DNA from: an uncultured Thermoplasmata archaeon
GTDB taxonomy: Archaea > Thermoplasmatota > Thermoplasmata > Lutacidiplasmatales > UBA184
Length of the DNA: 64,000 bases
Assembly (NCBI GenBank): GCA_963730815.1
Contig: CAVSTD010000011.1
Location: 117,470 to 181,469 of the forward strand
Reading direction: 5' to 3'
Below the pieces are notes generated by a model. It had not been told where the DNA came from. It made no database searches and saw only the letters and a program-made list of their open reading frames with translations. The position numbers and the translations under genes are program-made. This document shows, one piece after another, positions 18,965-28,707 of the stretch. Numbering within the stretch: position 1 is the stretch's first letter; every line of letters starts with the position of its first letter.

Positions 18965-19653
18965 GGAAGAAAGCTCGTCGATCGAAGGGCAGCGTGGTTC
19001 TCCTTTCGGGAGGCATGGATTCCGCGACCTGCCTCGCGATTGCGACGCAGCGCCATCCGCCCGTGCATGCCCTGACCGTCCTCTACGGTCAGCGACACGC
19101 CCGCGAAGTTCGCTCGGCCCGAGCCCTCGCCCGGCACTTCAAAGCGTCCCAGCACACGGTGCTCCGGTTACCGCTCGGGCCGCTCCTCTCTTCGGCCTTG
19201 ACCGATTCGGCTCGTCCGTTGCCCACCGATCGCCGGCCCGGTCTTCGGATTCCCTCTACTTACGTCCCGGCCCGGAACACCATCCTGCTCTCCGTCGCCC
19301 TCGGCTATGCAGAAAGCCACCATCTCGGCACGATCTACCTCGGGGCGAACGCGATCGATTACTCCGGGTACCCGGATTGTCGGCCCGAGTTCCTGCGCGC
19401 CTTCGAACGGGTCGCTCGCCTCGCGACGAAGGCGGGCGTCGAACGCGGCGAGCAGCTCCGCATCGAGACTCCGCTCCTCCGCCTTTCCAAGGCGGAGATC
19501 GTTCGATGGGGCGAGCGCCTTCACGTGCCCTGGTCGATGACCTGGAGCTGCTACGCCGGCGGTCGAACTCCGTGCGGAAAGTGCGACGCCTGTCGTCTGC
19601 GAGAGAAAGGGTTCACCGAAGCGGGCCGGGTCGACCCCGTTCGGTCTTTCTAG
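18961..19653 (+). CDS. queC: 7-cyano-7-deazaguanine synthase
   Basis: VVLLSGGMDSATC PP-loop, YVPARN, and C-terminal CGKCDACRLR zinc site. Confidence 0.9.
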   Translation: MRKKARRSKGSVVLLSGGMDSATCLAIATQRHPPVHALTVLYGQRHAREVRSARALARHFKASQHTVLRLPLGPLLSSALTDSARPLPTDRRPGLRIPSTYVPARNTILLSVALGYAESHHLGTIYLGANAIDYSGYPDCRPEFLRAFERVARLATKAGVERGEQLRIETPLLRLSKAEIVRWGERLHVPWSMTWSCYAGGRTPCGKCDACRLREKGFTEAGRVDPVRSF

Positions 19654-20090
19654 GTCTTGAGCGGCTGCGCCGGGGTCACCGGCGGCACCGCCGAGGTGCA
19701 GAACGAGCAGCGCTTCGCCTTGATCGGGATGGTGGAGAGGCACTCGGGGCACTCTCGAGTGGTGGGAGGCCCCGCCGGCTTCTTCGCGGCCTGGCGGTCC
19801 GAGAATCGCTGATACGGTAGCGCGATAACAAAGAACAGGACGAGGGCGACGAGGACGAAGCTGATCACCTGGTTCAGGAACGCCCCTTGCATGAACGTAC
19901 TTCCGTTCACGCTGTACTGCCAGGACGCGAAGTCGAACTTTCCGGCCACCCCGATGAGCGGCGTAAAGATGTCCCCGACGAGGGCGGTGATCAACGCCGA
20001 AAACGCGATGCCCATGACGAAGGCCACGGCCATCTGGACTAGGTTTCCCTTCGTGATGAACTTGACGAACTCCTCTCGAATCGTCGCCAT
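19650..20090 (-). CDS. mscL: large-conductance mechanosensitive channel MscL with C-terminal zinc-ribbon-like tail
   Basis: From ATG 20090: MATIREEFVKFITKGNLVQMAVAFVMGIAF...ALVGDIFTPLIG. The tail reads CPECLSTIPIKAKRCSFC. Confidence 0.85.
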   Translation of the reverse strand: MATIREEFVKFITKGNLVQMAVAFVMGIAFSALITALVGDIFTPLIGVAGKFDFASWQYSVNGSTFMQGAFLNQVISFVLVALVLFFVIALPYQRFSDRQAAKKPAGPPTTRECPECLSTIPIKAKRCSFCTSAVPPVTPAQPLKT

Positions 20091-20152
20091 GCTAACCACC
20101 TCGGAATCGGGGAGCGGGAACTCCCATAAGTCGATTTCGACGCGAGTTCCGT

Positions 20153-21949
20153 TCACATCGCGTCAAGGGGCGCGATGCCGAGAAGGTCGAGGGCGTTCCC
20201 GAGCGTCTGTCGCATGGCCGCGACGAGAGCGATCCGACTCGCCCGCTCCTGCTCGGAACGGAGCACCGGGACCGCGTGATAGAACCGGTTGAACTGGTCG
20301 GCGACCTCGTGGGCATATCCCGCGACCGCATGCACATGACCCGTACGGGCCGCATACGCGACGGTGCGCGGGAAACGGGAAAGGATCCGGACCAGAGCGA
20401 GCTCTTCCGGGTTCGAGAGCTTCGGGGCGTCGAACGCGTACGGAGGTTGGAGAGCCTCCCCCTTTCGAAGTACGCTCGAGGCCCGGGCGTAGGAGTACTG
20501 AACGAAGGGGCCGCTCCGCCCTTCGAAGGAGAGCGCATCCTCCCAGCGGAAGACGACCGGTTTATCGGGAGCGGACCGAACCACGTGATACCGGATGGCG
20601 CCGGTCGCGACCGCTTCGGCGATCCGCTCCACGTCCGCGTCCGCGAGGTCTTCTCGCCGGGCCAGTACCTCGGCTCGGGCCCGGTCGACCGCTTCGGCCA
20701 GAAGGTGGTCGAGCCACACGGCCGAGCCCCCCCGCGTCGACATCCGCCCCCCTTCGGGGACCGTGATGTCCTGGTAGATCACGAATTCCGGACGCCGAGT
20801 CTCCCCGATCTCGGTCAGGAGGGCGTTCAGGCATCGCGCGTGGAGTTGGTGGTCCTGGCCCAGGACGTCAATAACTCGGGCGAAGCGCGCGAACTTCGAG
20901 AGATGGTAGGCGATGTCCCGCGTCACATAGAGGCTGGTCCCATTCCCGCGCTGGAAGACGAGATGCGTCGATTCCTTGGGTAGGCCGTAGGAACTCGCAT
21001 CGATGGCCCACGCCCCGTTCTCCTCTTGGATCGCGTGCGGACAGGACTTCAATCGTTCGACGACCCGCGCGACCGAACCGTCCCGGACGAACTCGGACTC
21101 CCAAACGAATTCGTCGAATCCGATTTGAAGGCGGGCGAGGGATTGGAGCATGCCTTCGAGAATCGCTTGGGCCAGGGCTCGGTGCTCGGGCGGGGGCGAG
21201 CCGGATTCGATCTGACGAACGAGTTCCGCGACTTCCTCGCGGGCGTCCTCGTGCTCCTTCAGGTACGCGCTGACCGCCGGATACGGTCGACCCCGATGCC
21301 GATCCGGCTTCTCTCCCGCCACCTCCTCGCCATCGACCGCCTTGCGGATCGGCTCGGGCCAGCTCTCGCGGGGCTTCGACCAGATCCAGGTGATCATCGC
21401 GGCCTGCCGACCCATGTCGTCCACGTAGTACTGAGTGGTCACGGGGGTGCCGGATGCCCGAAGAATCCGCGCGAAGGTGTCCCCGATGATCCCGTTGCGG
21501 ACCCGCCCGATGTGGAACGGACCCGTCGGGTTGGCGCTCGTGTGCTCCACGACCGCGGGAGGTCCCTCGGGCTCACCGTGGCCGTAGCGGTTGCCGCGGG
21601 AAAGAACCAGTTCGAGGGTCGCACGGGTCAGGGACTCAGAGTCGACCCGAAAATTGACATACGCGCCTTTCGCGGAGGCCGAACGGATACGCGGCGAGGA
21701 GGCGAACGCGCCGGCGATGGCGAGGGCGAGTTCGTTCGGCGGTCGTTTCTGCTCCTGCGCCCAGCGGTGGCACGGAAAGGCCACCTCCCCCTCGGGCCCT
21801 TCGTCGAGGCTGAGGTGGGAGAAGATCGTCTCGCGAGACAAAGAAAGTCCGAGCGACTTCGTCGCGACAGTTAATCCGTCCAGGATCTCGTTCAGGAACG
21901 GGGTCCAGGGGTCCGCGGACGATGACGGGAGGGAATCTGTGGACACCAC
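20153..21949 (-). CDS. argS: arginine--tRNA ligase
   Basis: 598 aa. HIGH-type PTGPFHIGRVRNG, a KMSKS-like GGRMSTRGG, and C-terminal anticodon-binding DALM. Confidence 0.95.
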   Translation of the reverse strand: MVSTDSLPSSSADPWTPFLNEILDGLTVATKSLGLSLSRETIFSHLSLDEGPEGEVAFPCHRWAQEQKRPPNELALAIAGAFASSPRIRSASAKGAYVNFRVDSESLTRATLELVLSRGNRYGHGEPEGPPAVVEHTSANPTGPFHIGRVRNGIIGDTFARILRASGTPVTTQYYVDDMGRQAAMITWIWSKPRESWPEPIRKAVDGEEVAGEKPDRHRGRPYPAVSAYLKEHEDAREEVAELVRQIESGSPPPEHRALAQAILEGMLQSLARLQIGFDEFVWESEFVRDGSVARVVERLKSCPHAIQEENGAWAIDASSYGLPKESTHLVFQRGNGTSLYVTRDIAYHLSKFARFARVIDVLGQDHQLHARCLNALLTEIGETRRPEFVIYQDITVPEGGRMSTRGGSAVWLDHLLAEAVDRARAEVLARREDLADADVERIAEAVATGAIRYHVVRSAPDKPVVFRWEDALSFEGRSGPFVQYSYARASSVLRKGEALQPPYAFDAPKLSNPEELALVRILSRFPRTVAYAARTGHVHAVAGYAHEVADQFNRFYHAVPVLRSEQERASRIALVAAMRQTLGNALDLLGIAPLDAM

Positions 21950-22003
21950 GTACCCACCCGGCCGAGAAGCGCTTTAGCGGTCCCCTCGTCTTAACCCTTC
22001 TCG

Positions 22004-22903
22004 ATGGTAGCGCTGCTCCTCGTCCGGTACGGTGAGCTCGCGCTCAAGTCCCCTCCCGTGCGTCGTGAGTTCGAAGGGGCGCTTCGCCGCAACATCCTGG
22101 ACCAGTTCGTTCGCGACGGCCTGCCCGGACGCATTCGTTCGGACCGGGGTCACCTCTACGTCGAATCCGATGACGGAGCACGCGGAGCCAATCTCGTCCG
22201 TCGCGTCTTCGGCGTCACTTCGGTCAGCATGGTCGAGGACGTCGCGAGCGACCCGGCGGTCATCACCGCTCGTCTGCTCGAACTTTCGGACCGACGGCTG
22301 CAGCCGGGAATCCGATTCGCCGTGCGCGCCCGGCGGACCGGTCAACACTCCTTCACGAGCCAGCAACTGGCGGGAGACATCGGCGGAGCGGTGCTCGACC
22401 GATTCGCCGACCGGGGGCTCAAAGTGGACCTTGAACATCCCGAGGTCGAGCTATTCGTGGAAGTGCGAGGTCCCCGGACCTATCTCTACTTCGACCGCTT
22501 CGTGGGTCCGGGCGGCCTCCCGCTCGGAGTCGCGGGTCGATTGGTCGCCCTGGTCGACGGACCTCGAGGAGCGCTGGGAACCTTCCTCATGATGAAGCGG
22601 GGTTGCCGCGTCGCCCTCGTTGTCCTCCCGGAGGGGGAGCCCTTCGTGCGAGAGACGCTTGCCCGTTTTGACCCGACAGCTCAGGTTACGCGGTCGACCG
22701 CCGACGTCGAATCTTGGACCCCGACGCTCGCAAGGCTCGCCGAGGACGTGCACGCGGACGGAGTCGTTCTCCCGATCGCCGTGGAGGAGTATTCTCGGTT
22801 CGGGTCGCAGTGGGGAAATCGGGTGCTTTTCTCGCCGACCGTGGGCTTGAGTGACGAGGAGGTGAGCGAACGTTGGAGGAGCGTGGTAGCTCTCGTCTCG
22901 TGA
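22004..22903 (+). CDS. THUMP-domain ThiI-like protein with degenerate PP-loop
   Basis: N-terminal ferredoxin-like plus THUMP region (LLVRYGELALKS...FAVRARRTG...). The position of the ThiI PP-loop reads LVDGPRGALGTFLMMKRGC instead of LxSGGxDSxVAxxLMMKRG. Short C-terminus. Confidence 0.7.
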   Translation: MVALLLVRYGELALKSPPVRREFEGALRRNILDQFVRDGLPGRIRSDRGHLYVESDDGARGANLVRRVFGVTSVSMVEDVASDPAVITARLLELSDRRLQPGIRFAVRARRTGQHSFTSQQLAGDIGGAVLDRFADRGLKVDLEHPEVELFVEVRGPRTYLYFDRFVGPGGLPLGVAGRLVALVDGPRGALGTFLMMKRGCRVALVVLPEGEPFVRETLARFDPTAQVTRSTADVESWTPTLARLAEDVHADGVVLPIAVEEYSRFGSQWGNRVLFSPTVGLSDEEVSERWRSVVALVS

Positions 22904-22932
22904 CGCAACGTCAACTCGAGGCCGAGCCGGCG

Positions 22933-23106
22933 ATGGCTCTTCCGGTCCCGACCCCGAAGTCTCCGGACTCGCGCGCCCCCGTGGCTCCAGCGATTCCACT
23001 ACCGCAAGGGCCCTCGAACCGAGGGCTCCTCGAGCGTCAGCTCCGCTGGTTCAAGGAGCGAGCGAAGTTCGAGTCCAAGGCCCCGGACGATGAAGGGTCG
23101 AAATAG
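22933..23106 (+). CDS. possible small protein (57 aa)
   Basis: MALPVPTPKSPDS...LLERQLRWFKERAKFESK. Third-position GC is about 74% by hand count. No family recognised. Confidence 0.3.
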   Translation: MALPVPTPKSPDSRAPVAPAIPLPQGPSNRGLLERQLRWFKERAKFESKAPDDEGSK

Positions 23107-23127
23107 AGGCGGCGCGTCGCCCCTTCT

Positions 23128-25156
23128 GTGGCGTCGGCGCCTCCCCTCGCGGTCACCGCCCTCGTAGATGCGATTTGTCCCGGTTTTCCCCGTGATGCCG
23201 CGGGTCCGGCCTATCCCACCGCGAGTTCCGTGGGAATCGATCGTGACGTGGTCGCAGCCATCGCGAAACTGCCGGCTCGCCAACGTCAGGAGTTCGCCGC
23301 CCTGCTGCGAGCACTCGAAAGCCCCCTCACGAACCTTCTGCTGACCGGTCGCCCGGTCCGATTCACCGCCCTCGACCCGCGCCGGCGAGAGAAGTACCTC
23401 CAGGGTTGGGCGGCGAGTCGAATCGGGGCGAAGAGACGAGGATTCCAAGCGGCCAAGCGCCTTACGACGGGACTGTACTATTCCCAGCGAATCCAGGACC
23501 ACTCCCATCCGCTCTGGGAGCGCATTCACTACGTTCCTCCCACGACGGTCTCCGGGATACCCGAATCGCTCGCCGGTCTCGGTCCGACGGTCCCCGAGGC
23601 GACGAGCGAATACGTCGCCGATGTGTGTGTGATCGGAAGCGGGGCCGGTGGAAGCGTGATCGCTTCTCGGGCCGCGGAAGCCGGTTACCGAGTGGTGGTT
23701 CTCGAGGCGGGAGAGTGGTATCCCGACCTCGCCTACCCGCGGCTCGAGAAAGAGGCGCACGACCGACTTTTCCTAGGGGGCGGAATCGTCACGACCCGGG
23801 ACACCGCGCTCGCATTCTTGGCGGGCGAGGCGGTCGGCGGGAGCACCGCGATCAATTGGCTCACTTGTCTTCCCCCGCGCGCCGAGGCACGGGCGGAATG
23901 GGCGAGGGACGCCGGCATGACCGACGTCGCCACCCCCGCATTTGACGCGTTGCTGAGTGAAGTGGGTCGTCGCATGAGCGTGTCGACCGCCGAAAGCACG
24001 GTCAACCCCTCGAACGACGCCCTTCGTCGTGGATGTCTCGCTCTCGGTTACCGACAAGGGTCGGACTGGGAGATCATCCCTCGCAACGCCGTCGGGTGCC
24101 GTTCTCGCTGCGGCTTTTGCACCTTCGGTTGTCCCTACTCCGCACGACAATCGACGTTGGTCACGTTCCTCGCGGATGCCATGCGACGGGGAGCTCGCCT
24201 CCTCGCATCCACCCGCGTCGATCTCATCGAAGTGGACTCCGGTCGGGTCCGGGGAGTTCGGGCCACGTACCGTGCCCACGGGGTCGCGCGGCCGGTCCAG
24301 GTTCGAGCGCCGTGCGTCGTAGTCGCCGCCGGCGCCCTCCAGACTCCGGCCCTGCTCTTGAGGTCGGATGTACGATTCCCCGGGGTCGGAGTCGGTCTCC
24401 GGCGTCGACCCGACGACCGCGCTGGCCGGCGAATTCCCTGAACCGGTCCGGACGTGGGAAGGTCCGCACCAAACCGTTGGGGTCTATCGATTCCAGAACG
24501 GGGACGCCGAGGCGCACGGCCCCTGGATCGAAGCCGCTCCCGCGCACCCCGGTCTTTCCGCGATCGCCCTCCCCTGGTACGGCGCGGGGGAGTACCGACG
24601 GCGAATCGAGCGAATCGAGTACACCGCCACTCCGATCGTCCTGGTGCGGGACGTCGGGGAAGGCCGGGTCCTCATCGATTCGGACGGCCGCCCGCAGTTC
24701 GACTACCACCTGACCGGGCGCGACAAAACGAACCTGATCCGCGGACTGGTGGAAACGGCGAGGATACTTCGAGCCGCCGGCGCAACCCGAATTCTTTCGC
24801 TCCAGACCCCTCCCATCGAAGTCGGCGGCGAGAGTCGCCCGGTGACCGAGAGCGAACTCGACCGGTTCGTCTCCGAGGTGAGCCGAGCGGGGATCCGGGA
24901 GAGCTCGGTCGCTCTCTTCTCGGCCCATCCGATGGGCTCCGCGCGGGCCGGGCGAGACCCGAGGACGAGCACCGCCCGTCCGACCGGCGAGGTCCACGGC
25001 GTGGACGGTCTGTGGATCGGGGACGGGAGTCTGCTTCCCTCGGCTCCCGGAGCGAATCCGATGATGTCGATCCTTGCCAGCGCGTGGCGCACGGCCGACT
25101 TCCTGATCGCCTCGCTCGGCGGAAAACCCGCGCGGGCGAGGTCGGCGGGGCAGTAG
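23128..25156 (+). CDS. GMC-family FAD oxidoreductase, interrupted by an apparent frameshift near 24403
   Basis: VCVIGSGAGGSV FAD motif in ORF 23128..24441. The C-terminal GMC half (HPMGSARAG...GDGSLLPSAPGANP) lies in ORF 24368..25156. The join reads ...LLLRSDVRFPGVGVGLR | VDPTTALAGEFPEPVRTWEGP once one base is skipped. Confidence 0.85.
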
Positions 25157-25157
25157 G

Positions 25158-25164
25158 TTTAAAA
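25158..25164 (+). promoter_or_regulatory. putative TATA box for the rplX-pfdA-ftsY cluster
   Basis: TTTAAAA lies 40 nt upstream of ATG 25204. GGAG at 25194-25197 is 6 nt before the ATG. Confidence 0.45.
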
Positions 25165-25203
25165 GGCGCCCCCGGGTGGCGCCGCCGCACCCTGGAGCTC
25201 TTC

Positions 25204-25392
25204 ATGCCCGCGTTCAAGGTTCAAGGCTCGTTCTACGCCCGCCGCGGTTATTGGCAGGCGTTCACGAAGACGCATGACGCCCAGTCCGCGGAAGTGGCCC
25301 GGGAGTGGGCGCTTTCGGAGATCGGCGGCTGCCATCACGTGAAGCGTTCCCAGATACGAATCAACTCGGTCGGAGAGGTCACACCGGCATGA
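25204..25392 (+). CDS. rplX: 50S ribosomal protein LX (L18Ae/L20A family)
   Basis: 62 aa: MPAFKVQGSFYARRGYWQAFTKTHDAQSAEVAREWALSEIGGCHHVKRSQIRINSVGEV. Confidence 0.85.
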   Translation: MPAFKVQGSFYARRGYWQAFTKTHDAQSAEVAREWALSEIGGCHHVKRSQIRINSVGEVTPA

Positions 25393-25847
25393 GCGCCCCC
25401 GCGGCTCGGCCCACCGAACAGCAAGTCCAGGAGGACCTGATCCGACTCGACGCGTACCGCAACCAATTGAACGCGCTGCTCCAGCAACATCAGATCCTCA
25501 GCGCCTCTGGTCAGGACCACGGCCGTGCCCGCGAGAGCCTCGAAGGGGTCGACCGCGCGCCCGCCGGCGCGGAGCTCTTGCTCCCGCTCGGAGGAGAGAC
25601 GTTCGTGCGAGGCTCGGTGGATCGAAGCGCTCCCGTACTCGTGGGGGTCGGTTCGGGCATTGTCGTCGAGATGGAGCGACCGAAAGTGGTCGAACTGCTC
25701 GCGGAACGATCGGTTCGCATTGACCAAGCCTTGAGGGACCTCGAAGGGCAGATGGGTTCTCTCGACGAACGAATCCAGGCCCTCTCGCAACGACTCGACT
25801 CGATATCGCGGGAGAGCGGCGCGCCGACCGATGTGGGCAGCGATTAA
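25389..25847 (+). CDS. pfdA: prefoldin subunit alpha
   Basis: ATGA overlap with the rplX stop. Coiled coil / beta hairpins / coiled coil (LLLPLGGETFVRGSV...VLVGVGSGIVVEM). Conserved LX-PfdA-FtsY neighbourhood. Confidence 0.85.
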   Translation: MSAPAARPTEQQVQEDLIRLDAYRNQLNALLQQHQILSASGQDHGRARESLEGVDRAPAGAELLLPLGGETFVRGSVDRSAPVLVGVGSGIVVEMERPKVVELLAERSVRIDQALRDLEGQMGSLDERIQALSQRLDSISRESGAPTDVGSD

Positions 25848-26892
25848 GGCGAGGCTGAGGCGCTCCGAGGAAGCGTCTCCGGCTCCCCCTGAGCAGCCCC
25901 GAGAAGCCCCGGCCCCCACTCCGCGGGTGCCGGTGACCTCCTCCGCTCCGTCCGTTCCCGCCCAACCCCGGAACGCTCCGGGTCCTGCCTCGCCCGCGGG
26001 AGACGAGGGGATGTTCACCGAGGGGTTCCTCGGCCGGCGCCTGAAAGAGGGTACTATCGACGATGTGCTCGACGACCTCGAAATCGTCCTGATGGAGTCG
26101 GACGTGGCCATCCCGGTAATCGAGCGGATGCGACGGGACCTTCGTCGAGACTTAGCGGGCAAGAAACTTCGCTTCGGCGTGGACGCCGAGGACGCGATCC
26201 GAACCTGCCTCGAACGGTCGTGTCGCACGATTCTCGCCCGGCCCCCGCTGGACCTCGCCAAGGCCGTCCGGGACCACACCCCCAAGCCGTACGTGATCCT
26301 GTTCGTCGGGGTCAACGGAACCGGCAAGACGACCACCGTCGCGAAGCTCGCGGGCTGGCTTCGCCAGCAGGGGTTATCCAGCGTCATCGCCGCCGGGGAT
26401 ACGTTCCGGGCGGGGGCCATCGAACAATTGCTGGTCCACGGGGAACGAATCGGCGTGCGCGTCGTGCGCCAACAGGAGGGAAGCGACCCCGCGGCGGTGG
26501 CCTACGACGCGGTCGTGCACGCTCGGGCAAAGGGAATCGACGTCGTCCTCGTGGATACGGCCGGCCGGCAGCATACGAACGAGAATCTGATTGAGGAGGC
26601 GAAGAAGATCCGGCGGGTCGTCTCGCCCTCGTTGACCGTGTTCGTGGGCGACGCGCTGAGCGGCAACGACGTCATCGAACAGGCGAAACTCTTCGACGCC
26701 GCCGTCAGCCTTGACGGCCTTATCCTGACGAAATTGGACGCCGACGCCAAGGGCGGGGCGGCCCTCAGCGCCACCTTCGTCACTAAGAAACCGATCCTCT
26801 TCGTGGGTACGGGTCAGGGGTACGCGGACCTCGTCCCGTTCGACCCCGACTGGATGGTTCGGCGCCTGTTCGCGGAGGGAACGGCGGGGTGA
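25831..26892 (+). CDS. ftsY: signal recognition particle receptor FtsY
   Basis: GVNGTGKTTT, DTAGR and TKLDADAKGG motifs, with a Pro-rich N-terminal linker. Confidence 0.95.
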   Translation: MWAAIKARLRRSEEASPAPPEQPREAPAPTPRVPVTSSAPSVPAQPRNAPGPASPAGDEGMFTEGFLGRRLKEGTIDDVLDDLEIVLMESDVAIPVIERMRRDLRRDLAGKKLRFGVDAEDAIRTCLERSCRTILARPPLDLAKAVRDHTPKPYVILFVGVNGTGKTTTVAKLAGWLRQQGLSSVIAAGDTFRAGAIEQLLVHGERIGVRVVRQQEGSDPAAVAYDAVVHARAKGIDVVLVDTAGRQHTNENLIEEAKKIRRVVSPSLTVFVGDALSGNDVIEQAKLFDAAVSLDGLILTKLDADAKGGAALSATFVTKKPILFVGTGQGYADLVPFDPDWMVRRLFAEGTAG

Positions 26893-27632
26893 CCCCTCGG
26901 ATCAGCGTTGTCCTCGTTCGGCCGAAAGAGGACGGCAACGTGGGCGCGGTAGCGCGCCTGGCTCGGAACTTCGGGGCCGACCGCCTGGTCCTGGTCGCCC
27001 CCCGGGCCCGGGTCGGGACCGAGGCACGGAAGCGGGCCATGGGCGGTCTCCCGCTGCTGCGTACCGCGCTGCGCGCCCGCACGTTCGATCAGGCGGTCCG
27101 CGACATGGATTTCGTGGTCGGCACCACCGACATGTCCACCGGGCGTTCGAACGCCTATCTGCGACGTTCCGTGAGCCCCGAGCGACTCGGCGAGCTGGTG
27201 CGTACCCTCGAGGGCCGGGTCGCGATCGTCTTCGGTCCTGAGGACAACGGACTTTCTCGCGAAGAACTTCTTCGCTGCGACCTCTTGGTCCACGTTCCGG
27301 CCCGGAGGGAGTTCCCGACTCTGAACCTGTCCCACGCGGCCGCCTTGGTTCTCTACGCGGTGCACCGTGCCCGCGGTTCGGAGGACCCGGAAACAACGCC
27401 CGCCCCCGAGCTTATCGAGTTGAACGGGCCCGAGAAGGAGCTGTTTTTGGACCGACTCGGCGAGCTACTGACCCGCACGGGTTACCCGGCGCACAAACGA
27501 CGGGGTTTAATCCTCCTGTTTCGTCGCGTTCTCGGCCGCGCGACGCCTTCCGAGGCCGAGCTGCGGATGATGCTCGGGCTCTTCAAGAGCTACGGGCGCG
27601 CATTGGACCGCAAAGAGCATGGGCGAAAGTAA
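26889..27632 (+). CDS. SPOUT (TrmJ/TrmH-type) RNA 2'-O-methyltransferase
   Basis: VVLVRPKEDGNVGAVARLARNFG...IVFGPEDNGLS...PTLNLSHAAALVLY. Confidence 0.8.
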   Translation: MTPRISVVLVRPKEDGNVGAVARLARNFGADRLVLVAPRARVGTEARKRAMGGLPLLRTALRARTFDQAVRDMDFVVGTTDMSTGRSNAYLRRSVSPERLGELVRTLEGRVAIVFGPEDNGLSREELLRCDLLVHVPARREFPTLNLSHAAALVLYAVHRARGSEDPETTPAPELIELNGPEKELFLDRLGELLTRTGYPAHKRRGLILLFRRVLGRATPSEAELRMMLGLFKSYGRALDRKEHGRK

Positions 27633-28035
27633 CGGCGATTGGCTGAGGGTGCGGGGAATCGGTCGCGAGCGATTCGCGACCTACCTCGCCGAATACCTCG
27701 GCACGATCGGGTATACCGTTGAACGAACCGAGGGTTCCGAACCCACGGAGAGCCGCGTCAAGGGACGCCTGGAACGGATGAACCCCGCGCTTCCTCCGGC
27801 GGCCTCGGCGCTCGAGTTCCGTCTCTATCCCACCAGCGGCGGGGCCGCCCTCGTCTGGCAATTGCCGACCGAGGTGCCGGCGGAGGAGCGGCAGCGGATG
27901 GACCGGTTGGTGCGCGAGATCTCGAGCCATCTCGAGCGCGCGATCGCCACCGAAAGTCACGCCACGGCGAAGGTCGTCCGGCCGGCGGAATCCCGGCTCC
28001 CCTGGGTCGGCCCGGTGAAGAACGGCGTGGCCTGA
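27619..28035 (+). CDS. hypothetical protein (138 aa)
   Basis: Start overlaps the upstream stop by 14 nt. Balanced composition. No family recognised. Confidence 0.45.
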   Translation: MGESNGDWLRVRGIGRERFATYLAEYLGTIGYTVERTEGSEPTESRVKGRLERMNPALPPAASALEFRLYPTSGGAALVWQLPTEVPAEERQRMDRLVREISSHLERAIATESHATAKVVRPAESRLPWVGPVKNGVA

Positions 28036-28057
28036 TGCTCTCCTCCCGCCGGCAGCT

Positions 28058-28065
28058 TTATAATT
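28058..28065 (+). promoter_or_regulatory. putative TATA box for rpl15e (leaderless spacing)
   Basis: TTTATAAT ends 28 nt before ATG 28093. Confidence 0.5.
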
Positions 28066-28092
28066 AGGACCGGGGTCCCCGCGCCGCATTCC

Positions 28093-28707
28093 ATGGCGAC
28101 CTCTGCCTACCGGTACATGGCCCAGTCGTTCCAGCAAACTCTGGGGGAGGAGGGTTCGGCGCTTCGACACGAACGTCTCTTGACCTGGCGCCGGGAACAC
28201 ACGGTCACCCGAATCGAGCACCCGACGCGTCTTGACCGCGCTCGCGCGGTCGGGTTCCGCGCGAAGGGCGGGTTTGTGGTCGTCCGCGTCCGTGTCCGCC
28301 GCGGTGGGCAAGGGAAGCGTGCGATCATTGCCGGGCGTCGGCCCAAACACAAGGGGATCCTCAAGATGACGCTCTCGAAGAGCCTGCGCCGCATCGCCGA
28401 GGAGCGAGCGGCAAAGCACTACCCCAACCTCGAGGTGCTCAACTCTTACTGGGTCGGGGAGGATGGAAAACAGAAGTTCTACGAGATCATCCTGGTCGAC
28501 CCGGACCATCCGGAGATCCTCGCGGACTCGAAGATCGCCTGGATCGCCAATCCGGTTCACAAGGGCCGGGTCTTCCGAGGGCTCACGAGCTCCGGGACCG
28601 AAAGCCGCGGTCTGCGCTGGAAGGGGAAGGGCACGGAACGGTTCCGCCCCTCGAGGGCCCGCAACCGCCGCGAGACTCGACGCACTCAGCGCAAGGTCAT
28701 TCCGTAG
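28093..28707 (+). CDS. rpl15e: 50S ribosomal protein L15e
   Basis: MATSAYRYMAQSFQ...RLLTWRREHTVTRIEHPTRLDRARAVGFRAKGGFVVVRVRVRRGG... Confidence 0.95.
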   Translation: MATSAYRYMAQSFQQTLGEEGSALRHERLLTWRREHTVTRIEHPTRLDRARAVGFRAKGGFVVVRVRVRRGGQGKRAIIAGRRPKHKGILKMTLSKSLRRIAEERAAKHYPNLEVLNSYWVGEDGKQKFYEIILVDPDHPEILADSKIAWIANPVHKGRVFRGLTSSGTESRGLRWKGKGTERFRPSRARNRRETRRTQRKVIP

